Assembly: GCA_012862495.1 (NCBI GenBank)
Contig: BLSG01000320.1
Span: 1 to 39,392, forward strand
Origin: Thraustochytrium aureum
Lineage: Eukaryota
DNA length: 39,392 nt
Direction: 5' to 3'
Position numbers and translations under genes: made by a program
Shown: positions 24,301 to 33,906 of the stretch, one piece after another
Numbering within the stretch: the first letter of the stretch is position 1
Layout: each line of letters opens with the position of its first letter
The notes under the pieces: generated by a model
The model's database searches: none
Seen by the model: the letters and a program-made list of their open reading frames with translations, nothing else
What the model was told of the DNA's origin: nothing

Positions 24301-25206
24301 ATGGGGTTTGACCTGGAGCGCGGCGTGCACGCGAGCGGCGGTGGCGGCGGGCCGAGGTCGAGGTCCCAGTCTGCGCACGCGTTGCTGCACACCGTTTCGT
24401 CGCCACAATCGCCCCCACGGGACGCGCAACGGGGCCAGTCGCCGGAGAGGGCCCGGCGAGAGGCGAGCAACGGGCTGACGAGCGCCCTGCAGGCTGAGTT
24501 TGGCGCGGGCGCAACCGTTCGCGAGTTCCAGAGCAGCGAGCGCGCCGCGTCGAGTCCCAGCGACGATGAGGTAGGGCTGGAGGACCTGTTGGCTGGGATG
24601 CTGGGGAGCGCCTACACGAGATGCAGACCACTTTTTGAGCACGTGGACACCAAGCTCGTGATTCGTCGACTCGTCTACTCTCTGATCCCCGTGCAAAAGG
24701 CCTCTTCAGAGATGATTTCGACGCCAGACATGTTTGGACCCGCTATGTTGATCGCCACGCAGGCAACGGCGCTCTCGCGGCACAACGAGCGGTTTCGCAC
24801 CGCTTTTGCGCTCGCGTTCCTCTATTGGGCGATATTCACGGTTGTTTCTTACTACATCGCGAGCTGCCTCGTAAACCTCGGTAGACCGGCCAACTCAAGT
24901 AGCACATACGTGCGCCCGCTGCGCCTGAGCGAGATTGGGTCGGGGATGGGCTACGCCGCCTTTGGGCACTGCCTGTGGATCCTGTTGCCATATACGGTGG
25001 ACTCGGTGCTCTTGAGCTGCGTCAAGTGGGCGCTAGCCACTGCTTCCGGTTCTTGCGTTGCACTCATGTTCTATCGGACCATGGCCGTGTTGACAGACTC
25101 TCGGTTTGCGGCGTTCGGCGCTTTCGTCGCGGCTGCTGTACACTCTGCCGGCTTCCCGCTCCTCGTGGTCATCATTTTTCGCGAATTCGGCCCGTTTTCG
25201 CCCTAG
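24301..25206 (+). CDS. Yip1-domain membrane protein, YIPF3-like
   Basis: VDTKLVIRRLVYSLIP...PDMFGPAML, about 5 hydrophobic segments, and GYAAFGHC resembling YIPF3 GYGLFGHC. ATG at 24301. Confidence 0.7.
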   Translation: MGFDLERGVHASGGGGGPRSRSQSAHALLHTVSSPQSPPRDAQRGQSPERARREASNGLTSALQAEFGAGATVREFQSSERAASSPSDDEVGLEDLLAGMLGSAYTRCRPLFEHVDTKLVIRRLVYSLIPVQKASSEMISTPDMFGPAMLIATQATALSRHNERFRTAFALAFLYWAIFTVVSYYIASCLVNLGRPANSSSTYVRPLRLSEIGSGMGYAAFGHCLWILLPYTVDSVLLSCVKWALATASGSCVALMFYRTMAVLTDSRFAAFGAFVAAAVHSAGFPLLVVIIFREFGPFSP

Positions 25207-25395
25207 ACGTCTTGCGCACGTCGCCGGCATCGGCGGTCTTGCGGGTTGCTATGCCCATGCGGCTGCGTGATTAAGCCCACTTTGCGTGGCTTGTGGCATG
25301 TTCTTCATGTCACAAATAGAAAACTTGGGGACCGAAGATCTGTGTTGTTTGTTTGCGTGGCATCTACGGGAAGTTGGACTGTAGAGAGGGCCGCG

Positions 25396-27827
25396 TCATG
25401 AACGCAGCGCCTCGACGTGGCCGCGCGCCAAAACCGTTGACGGGTGGGAATCGCCAAGCCAGGTTTCCAAGAGCGCGAGCGCTTCTGAGGCGAGTTTCTC
25501 CGCCTGCTTGGCGTCACCTTCGCGCTTGAGGACAGCAGCCAAGTTGATCATGGAGGTCGCAACCCCGGCGTCGCTGGCTCCGTTCTTCTTCTTGTAAATC
25601 CGAATTGCCTCGCAGTACGCATTTTGCGCCTCGGCGGTCAAGCCGCGTTCCGCCAGCGCAGCAGCCTGGTTGTTGAGCGTTGCGGCCACGCTGGGGTGAT
25701 CTGGGCCAAGGGCTGCTTTGAGGTGCTCGAGGGCCGCTGCAAAGTCGAGCAACGCTTGGTCCACCTTACCAAGCCGATGGCGAACGCTAGCTAGTTTGGC
25801 GAGCGTGGTCGCCACCTGGACGTGAGCCCCCCCAAACACGTCGCCAAGGACGCGCAATGCCTCTTGGAAGAGATCAGCTGCTGGTGCGAGCTGGCCAGCT
25901 TGCTCCATGCAGGAGCCAAGCGCAACAAGAGCGTCCGCAACGCTGGGATGGAGCTTGGTCCCGTGAACCAAGATGAGCATATCCGTGGCGCGCGAGGCAT
26001 GGGCGACGGCCTCGTCGACGTCACCAGTGTCACAACGAATCTGCGCCAGCTGCAGGAGAGCCCTTGGCCTCGTCACCAGGATCCGTTGACGCTGTGCTGC
26101 AGACCTGAACAACCTGCTCCAGGAGCGCGGCCGCTTGCTCGAGCTCACCCAAGCCTTGTGGACGAGTGCGAGGTTTGAGAGCGCCGGCACGAGCTCTCGC
26201 GCCCCGCAACCAGCTTGACGCCAGAAATCCAGAGCGACCGCGTAGCTGTCCAGAGCTTGCATGAGGCTGCCTTGTTTGTGCAGCGCGACAGCTCGCTGGT
26301 GGTGTAGTTCTGCAAGCTGCTTCGAGCGGTTTGGGGACGAGCTATTTCTCGCGGCCTCGATCGCGCTGTCAAACATGGCCAGGGCTGCTGAGTGGTCGCC
26401 CCCAGCGCAGCGAAGCATGGCAATTTGCTGCTGCGCCACAGCGATTTGGTGGTCGTCAGACCCAACAAAGGGGCTACGGAAGTGCACTGCGAGCTGAAAC
26501 TGCTCGATGGCGCGCTCTGGCATGTCCAGCGCCTCTAGGATGTGACCGGCATTCAAGCAGAGTTGAGAGGCAAAGAGGCTCTCGTCCTCGACGTCAGCAT
26601 TGGCGAACTGCGAGGCGGACTTGACTTGACTTGCGCGGACATGAATTGCCTCGAGGAGCTTGCCAGCAAACCACTGCAGCAGCACGGCCCGGGCGCCGCC
26701 ATTCACGCTCTCGAAGCTGCCGGGTACGCAGTTGGCGATGTACCCTCGGAGAGCGGCCAGGTCTGACGCGCTGCCCATAGGGGCGTTCCTGATGTCGATG
26801 GTGGAGCTCTGCAAGACCGCCGCCAAGTCTGGTAAGACCGCATTCTCAAGTTGCCTGGCCACGCTTCGAGGAAAGATCAGGTCGAATTGGAGCGAGTCCG
26901 CCCGAGATGTGGCGTAGAGCTCCCACTGTACGAAAGCACGCCTCGTGGCCGCTGCTGGCCAGCTATCGACGAGGAGCCATGCCTCCTTGAACTTTGGAAT
27001 CGCAGCAGGAAGATGCACAGTCAGCCAAGACTCGTGGCGTCGTCGAGTCGCTGGTGGTGCTTCGTCAAGGTTTGCCTTTTTCTGCAGCGAGGCCGTCAAT
27101 CCAAACAAACGAGTTGTGCACGCTCTGACGCGTCAACGCGCAGCGTTCCTCAAGCGCGCTGACGAGCACTGAGAAGGCGCTCGAGCGTGCGCAAATTACG
27201 TAGGCGCCATGGAAAGGTTGCGCCAGCGCGGAGTGCCCAAGCGTCCTCGCGGCCCTGTCGAGAGCGTTTCGGTCGCCTTTTTCGTGCTCGGGGACCAGAA
27301 CGTACTCAAAGACCTCCCCGACAGTCCACTCGTCGCGCGGCTTTGCCTCGAGGTCGTCGACGGGGACGGTGACGTCGCCGACNNNNNNNNNNNNNNNNNN
27401 NNNNNNNNNNNNNNNNNNNNNNNNNNNNNNNNNNNNNNNNNNNNNNNNNNNNNNNNNNNNNNNNNNNNNNNNNNNNNNNNNNNNNNNNNNAAAGCTTTGT
27501 TTCTGCGCCAAGCAGCTCGTCCTCGAGCTGCTCCTGCAACTTCTTGAGCGCGCCGACGGCGATTGTTCGGTAGTCATGGTTGTCGCCGACCGCCTCCGTT
27601 GCGGCACCTTGTCGTGCTCGAGCGGGGGTGCTCTTGTGCAAGGTGCGTTTAAGCCCGCTCGCCACGTTGGCTGAGAGCCTGCGGACAGTAGCTGCTGCGC
27701 CGCTGGGCGCCGCAGTGCCTTCGCCGATCTCTGCCGCGTGCGACGCTTGAAGCGTCGACCCGCCGCTCGCACTCCCGGTTGCTTTTGTGGCACGGCGCAG
27801 CCTCCTGCTGCGTCTCAGGAACACCAT
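25396..27827 (-). CDS. Kinesin-light-chain/NPHP3-like TPR protein with N-terminal TIR/HET-like domain
   Basis: TPR units HPSVADALVALG, HVQVATTLAKLA, GPDHPSVAATLNNQA. N-terminal FSVLVSAL...FVWID...TRRAFVQWELY. Gap 27383-27490. Frameshift near 27090 and a compensating pair near 26153/26062 that restores LGELEQAAALLEQ. Start codon uncertain. Confidence 0.7.
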
Positions 27828-28518
27828 CTCGCAGGTCCCTGGGCGCAAACGAAGCGCGAAGCCGTGCAAGTGCGAAGAACAGCTCAAGGACCTCGGCAAC
27901 CAACAGCCAGCGGTGCCCAGGCAGGCAGACAGACAGGCAGGCAGCCAGCCAGCGCGCCAGGCAGCCAGCGCCCAAGCGAGGCAGCGCCAGTTGCTGCAGA
28001 TCGGTGACAGCAGGCGCGCCAAGCCGCATTGTCGCACTGGGATCCAGTTCCAGTCTCGCGCGAAAATGTGCACGTCCAATTCTTGATTGATCTTATCAAC
28101 TCGATGAAAGCGCGACGAGTGTGCATCGACCAAAAGCACATCGTTCAATCCTGTCAAGCAGACCCCAGCGGCGTACGTAGGCAGGTTGATCGTTGAGGAC
28201 TTGCGCATGCAGTGTATCTCGAGTATGTTGCACCGCCGTCCGCCATGCCAGGCAGCCAATCCTCATCGACGCCGAACGGCGTCAGCGTCTCCTTGAACTC
28301 CTTACGCAGTCGCTTGCTGTGCTTTCGGCTGGATTGCGGAATCGGGCACGGGTTGGGCTAGGTTTAGGTTAGAGGACCGCGTTTGAAATGCAGAGACTCG
28401 GCAGATCGCATTGGCAAGGGACACTCCCGCAGCGCTGGAGCAGCTGGCGAGCTGGTGACGGGCGCTCTGTGCCAGCTTGCGCGGGCGCGTTGGCCACTGT
28501 GCGAGGCGCTGTCGGGCG

Positions 28519-28570
28519 GCTTGCTTGCTTGCTTGCTTGCTTACTGGCTGGCTGGCTGGCTGGCTGGCTG
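28519..28570. repeat. (GCTT)n(GGCT)n microsatellite just upstream of FEN1
   Basis: Read directly. Confidence 0.9.
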
Positions 28571-28582
28571 GCGCGAGGCGCG

Positions 28583-29776
28583 ATGGGGATCAAAACCTGA
28601 TGGCGCTCCCCGGGACGCCGCCGACGGGTGCTTCAAGGAGACGGAAAAGAGCAACTACATGGGGCGAACGGTGGCGGTCGATGCCTCGATGCAGCTGTAC
28701 CAGTTTCTTGTGCAAGTGCGCACCTCGCAAGGCGGCGGGCCCGCGCAGCACCTCGCGAACGAAGCTGGTGAGGTGACCAGCCACATTCAAGGGTTCTTCC
28801 ATCGCACGATCAACCTGATGCAAAAGGGCCTGCGCCCAGTGTTCGTCTTCGACGGCAAGCCCCCCGAGCTCAAGCTGGAAGAGCTCAAGAAGCGCAAAGA
28901 AACCAAGGAGAAGGCGGAGGAAATGGCCAAGGAAGCCTCGCAAAAGATGGAGGAGGGCGCCAAGGACGCCGTCGAGGAGCTCAACAAGGCGAACAAGCGA
29001 TCGACGCGCGTGACCAAGGAGCACAATGATGATGTGAAAAAGCTACTGCAGCTCATGGGCCTCCCGATCGTACTGTCCCCAGGCGAGGCAGAGGCCAATG
29101 CGCCGAGCTTTGCAAGAAAGGAAAGGTGTACGGCGTGGCCACCGAGGACATGGACGCCTTGACATTCAGCACCCCCATACTTTTGCGCCAGCTGACGATG
29201 CCCGACTCCGCCAAGCAGCCGGTGCTGGAGATCCACCTGGACAAAGCGCTGGCGCTCCTGGGACTAGACATGGATCAGTTTATCGACATGTGCATATTGT
29301 GCGGGTGCGACTATTGCCCGAGCATCAAGGGTATCGGCCCCAAGGGCGCGCTCAAGCTCATTAAGGAGCACAAGACTATCGAGAAGGTGATCGAGTCCCT
29401 GGACAAGAGCAAGTTTCAGCCGCCGCTCTCCATGACGCAACACTTGGACGAGATCAGGACGATCTTCAAGAGCCCCGAAGTCCTGGACGCGGACAAGGTC
29501 GAGCTCAAGTTCTCTTCTGTCGATGAGGAGAAGTTGCTCGAGTTCCTGGTCAAAGAAAAGGGCTTCGACGAGGCGCGTGTTCGCTCCTCGCTGGCCAAGC
29601 TGCAGCAGACCAAGTCGCAGACCTCCCAAAAGCGCCTCGACTCGTTCTTCAAGCCCAAAGTGTCCGCCACCCCTACCAGCGGAAAGGTGGTCGGCTTCAA
29701 GCGCAAGGCGGACGCCAAGGAGAAAGGCCGAGGCGTGGGGGCGAAGCGCGGCCGGGGCCGCGGCCGCGGCCGCTAG
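28583..29776 (+). CDS. FEN1: Flap endonuclease 1 (three apparent 1-nt deletions at ~28594, ~28610, ~29097)
   Basis: MGIK...GRTVAVDASMQLYQFL, GEVTSHIQG, VFDGKPP, GEAEA(QC), ATEDMDALTF, GCDYC..IKGIGP (H3TH), PIP box QKRLDSFF, basic tail. Confidence 0.95.
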
Positions 29777-29983
29777 AGACACACAACGAGCAGAGCAGGG
29801 CGTTGGCCGCGCAATCAATCCATCAATCAAATACATAAACAAAGCGGCCCCGTTTGCGTGAGTCAAGCCCCCCATCCTTCCGCTTTGTTGACAACAGGCC
29901 AAAGCGCTTAGGCCAAACCGCCGCAGGTGCTGCGCGGCTTTTGAGTTGGCCTTGGCGCGCCTGTCGCAGCAGGGAAGCGGACA

Positions 29984-31198
29984 TCACGAGCGTGCAAGGG
30001 CCTTGCTAGTGGAAAGCCGGCTCGATTCCACGTTTGTCTCTAGAAAGGCACGCGCGAGCGGCAGGAACCAGCACCGCAAGTCGGCGTCTAAAAACGCAAT
30101 GTGCCCCCCGTGCTCGGTGAACACAAGATTGGCGTGCTTGTTTGCCCGCAGCTTGGCATGTGGGATGAGCGACTCGGGCACCAGGGGGTCGTCCAAGGCC
30201 TGGACGAAAAGCGTCGGGACCGCAAGGTCCTGAATGTAGTTGGCGCAGCTCGCGGCTTGCAAGAACGCGCCAAAGTCGTCGTACCCGAACACGTGCTTGC
30301 CGGCAAACTCGGAGAAGTCGTCCATGGTGTCCTTGGAGAGCCACTCGTCAAAGTCGAAGGGCGTGTCTGGGGTGCGAAAGTGCTCCTGATAGCGGAGCAG
30401 GCGGCGCTTGAACCACGCCACAAAGCGGTTTTCGAACATGTTGCGAAACACGGGCAAGTTGAACGGAAAGTGCTGCTCCACTTGCATGAGCTCGTGGAGG
30501 TGGAAGGGGTTGGAGACGGAAACGGCGGCCACGATGGGGTGTGCACGGACAGTCTTGTCGCACAGGTAGCGCACCATGATGTTGGAACCCATACTTGCAC
30601 CGACCGCCACCNNNNNNNNNNNNNNNNNNNNNNNNNNNNNNNNNNNNNNNNNNNNNNNNNNNNNNNNNNNNNNNNNNNNNNNNNNNNNNNNNNNNNNNNN
30701 NNNNNNNNNNNNNNNNNNNNNNNNNNNNNNNNNNNNNNNNNNNNNNNNNNNNNNNNNNNNNNNNNNNNNNNNNNNNNNNNNNNNNNNNNNNNNNNNNNNN
30801 NNNNNNNNNNNNNNNNNNNNNNNNNNNNNNNNNNNNNNNNNNNNNNNNNNNNNNNNNNNNNNNNNNNNNNNNNNNNNNNNNNNNNNNNNNNNNNNNNNNN
30901 NNNNNNNNNNNNNNNNNNNNNNNNNNNNNNNNNNNNNNNNNNNNNNNNNNNNNNNNNNNNNNNNNNNNNNNNNNNNNNNNNNNNNNNNNNNNNNNNNNNN
31001 NNNNNNNNNNNNNNNNNNNNNNNNNNNNNNNNNNNNNNNNNNNNNNNNNNNNNNNNNNNNNNNNNNNNNNNNNNNNNNNNNNNNNNNNNNNNNNNNNNNN
31101 GGGAAGGTGCTTGGGCCAACTCGTTCGATCCGCAGGTGATCATCAGCCAGCGAGCTTGTCGCGGACGTCTCGAGGCAACACCGCAAGGCTTCTTTCAT
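29984..31198 (-). CDS. Alpha/beta hydrolase, ABHD1-3/YheT-like; N-terminal half in gap, start uncertain
   Basis: Nucleophile elbow VGASMG, ALDDPLVP (Asp) and TEHGGHIAF (His) in 30611-29984. Gap 30612-31100. Confidence 0.75.
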   Translation of the reverse strand: MKEALRCCLETSATSSLADDHLRIERVGPSTFXXXXXXXXXXXXXXXXXXXXXXXXXXXXXXXXXXXXXXXXXXXXXXXXXXXXXXXXXXXXXXXXXXXXXXXXXXXXXXXXXXXXXXXXXXXXXXXXXXXXXXXXXXXXXXXXXXXXXXXXXXXXXXXXXXXXXXXXXXXXXXXXXXXXXXXXXXXXXXXXXXXXVAVGASMGSNIMVRYLCDKTVRAHPIVAAVSVSNPFHLHELMQVEQHFPFNLPVFRNMFENRFVAWFKRRLLRYQEHFRTPDTPFDFDEWLSKDTMDDFSEFAGKHVFGYDDFGAFLQAASCANYIQDLAVPTLFVQALDDPLVPESLIPHAKLRANKHANLVFTEHGGHIAFLDADLRCWFLPLARAFLETNVESSRLSTSKALARS

Positions 31199-31455
31199 CC
31201 GGCAAGTTCTTTGATTCGCTTTGGCTTCTGGTCCTCACGGGGCTCGGCCTCGGTCCTCTCCAGCGAGCCGCCTCCGTGGCGCAGCGAGACGTCCCTGCTG
31301 GTGATGCCGCAACGCCACTTCGTTCAACATTTGGAGGTCGCGCCTCCCGTCGCGTAAGTAGATAGAGAAATCAAAACTCGACCACCACCGCGAGTCCGCG
31401 GCCGCGTTTCGTCGCACGGTTGCACGAGAGGGAGTGGACATTGATGTTGCTTCCG

Positions 31456-33353
31456 TCACGCTTCGCCCAGCTCGCCGTCCCCGGCGGCCTTGGCGGTGCC
31501 ACAGCGTAGCACACTTGGTATCGAGGCACGCACGTAGTGCCAGCGCGCACAGGCCGTCCAAGCCATCGGGTGGGTGGAAATTGCTGCCAAGGCAGCGCTG
31601 CGCGGGATGAACAACACCTCACTGTAGGTGAGGAACCCCACAACTAGGTTTGTCGGAATCGCGGGGTTGCCACTCTCGAGCAAGCAGATGTCGTGAGCCA
31701 GCACCGAACCAGGCGAGGCAATGTACGCGGGGCTGGCACGAGCGAACAGGGCCCCTGGCTCCATCTTGAGGTGGCGGGACACCACTGCTGAACCCAACTG
31801 GAGCACGAAAACGCCGCGCTCCTCATCGGGCCAATCGCCGCGGATGTCGAGGCGCTCGCCAGCTGCAAAGTTGAGAAAAGTCATTGTGCTCGCAACCTGG
31901 CACTGCGTTCGCACGTGGACGTAGCGCTCTGACAGGTATGGAACCGCGTTGATGGCAGAGCGACACAACAGGTAGGCGGAGGCAGTTTGCAACTCCTTGG
32001 GGAGGCTCTCGAGGATGGCGAACGACTCCTCGAGGCTTGAGGCCGCCTTGTCCTGGTTGCCCGTGCTGCGCAGAAACTTTGTGCGCAGAAAGTTGCGTAT
32101 GCGGTAGGCGAGCCGGTCGTCGATCCCCGGCTGATGAGCTCTCGCTCGAGGTCCTTCCCTTGCGGACCAACCTTGGCGGTCGAGTTGTCAGGGACACTGG
32201 GTGACGACTGTGCTTGCCCCACCGACTCGCGCTCGCTGGCAGCAGCCAGGCCAATCAAGGGTGCCTTTTGGCGAAACTCCCTCGGAAATTGGCGTATGAG
32301 AGCGTTGGCGCCGTCGATTCTGCTGTTGTAGGCTTCGGCGCGCTGCTGGAGAGAGGATGCGATGCTAACAGTGCTGCCGATCACGTACGCCCACATGATG
32401 CCAGCGAGGAGCATGAGGCAGCAGGCGACCCACCACTCCACAGCGGTGTACGGCGCAATGTTTCCATACCCGATAGAGGTCAGGGTTTGCACGGACCAGA
32501 ACAAGCTGAGCACGTACCTGTCGAGGTCGTTCTCCCACCCTATCGGGTTGAGGCCCGAGTGCGTGGAGTTTGCCCAGACGCTAATCCAGTTGGGCGTTTG
32601 GAGCAAACCCTCGCCAAATCCATTGGCCTCGAGGAACGCGACAAAGCACCAGATGCAAGCAAACCAGTGCGAAGCCAGGATCAAAAGCAGCAGAAACCAC
32701 GAGAGCTGCAGCAGCTGCGAGGGCCACTTGAAGCGGATTTCCGCGATGAGCTCGGACGAGTTGATGATCTGCCGGATCCGCAAAAAGCGAACAAGCTTGA
32801 GGATGTCCAATATCTTGATCCCGACGAGCGCGGGGGCCTCTGGGACAGCGCCGCCTTCGTTTGCGTCGATGAGAATCTTACCCCCAATCACAAAGATGAG
32901 CGTTGTCGGGAAGCATGAAAAAAGGTTTGGGACGAACAGGCCCCTGCAGTATTTGCTGGAGATGCGGCCGCGGTCCACGACAAGAATGCCGCGGGCGTTG
33001 TAGTAGGCTCTGAAGAAGTAGAGCCCGGTGTCAACCAAGAAAATGGAGTTCATCAGGATGTTGATGGTGGCCCAGGCGGGGCTGCGCAGGAGGTAGATCC
33101 CTCCGGAGACCCCGATCTGATACGGCAGGATGAACGCCATCGCCCACAGCATGACCAGCATCACGGCGTCCCACATCTTGATCCACTTGTTGTCCGGGAA
33201 GATTATGTACTTGAGCCTCTTCCGCAGCGCCGCAGAATACTCCTCGAGCGCCGGGTCCCGCGCCTTGCGCGACGCTCGCCCATCGTCTATTTCCAGCTGC
33301 ACTCGCTCGGTTTCGCGCCTCGTCCCGAGCTCGACGCTCCGCGCATCGTCCAT
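31456..33353 (-). CDS. Voltage-gated K+-type channel of the KCNH/HCN/CNG superfamily with degenerate cyclic-nucleotide-binding domain; frameshift near 32130
   Basis: Six TM segments, S4 LKLVRFLRIR, HWFACIW, pore TLTSIGYGN. The alternate frame gives C-linker DDRLAYRIRNFL...ILESLPKELQ and joins ORF 31456-31992. Confidence 0.85.
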
Positions 33354-33739
33354 GGTCCCAATCCAGCTCCTGCTTGTCCCCGCGCCACGCGAACGAAGAG
33401 AAGCCGGTCGAGAACAATACGTTGTTCCTCAAACGCCTGGGTTAGGGTACGCGCATACCCTAGAACGAAAGCGCGGATGGCTACCANNNNNNNNNNNNNN
33501 NNNNNNNNNNNNNNNNNNNNNNNNNNNNNNNNNNNNNNNNNNNNNNNNNNNNNNNNNNNNNNNNNNNNNNNNNNNNNNNNNNNNNNNNNNNNNNNNNNNN
33601 NNNNNNNNNNNNNNNNNNNNNNNNNNNNNNNNNNNNNNNNNNNNNNNNNNNNNNNNNNNNNNNNNNNNNNNNNNNNNNNNNNNNNNNNNNNNNNNNNNNN
33701 NNNNNNNNNNNNNNNNNNNNNNNNNNNNNNNNNNNNNNN

Positions 33740-33745
33740 AGCAGC

Positions 33746-33777
<32 letters not shown>

Positions 33778-33880
33778 CGCGCATCGCGGGCGCGCGTGCC
33801 ATCCGGCAGGCAGGCAGCAGGCAGGCAGGCAGGCAGGCAGGGGAGCAGGCAGGCAGGTAGGCAGGGGAGCAGGCAGGGAA
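33740..33880. repeat. (CAG)n plus (GGCA)n microsatellites
   Basis: Read directly. Confidence 0.85.
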
Positions 33881-33906
33881 GAAGGAGGGCGTTGGACAGG
33901 CGGGGG

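Noticed and set aside
25396..26500. True kinesin light chain
   Set aside because: Only generic TPR similarity; the N-terminus carries a different, TIR-like domain.
28349..28372. Telomere-like GGGTTGGGCTAGGTTTAGGTTAG (also a single TTAGGG near 33442)
   Set aside because: Too short and degenerate to call an interstitial telomere or telo-box.
28583..29776. FEN1 pseudogene or viral FEN1
   Set aside because: Catalytic motifs and PIP box are intact, and indels occur window-wide, which points to sequencing error. No viral hallmark genes are nearby.
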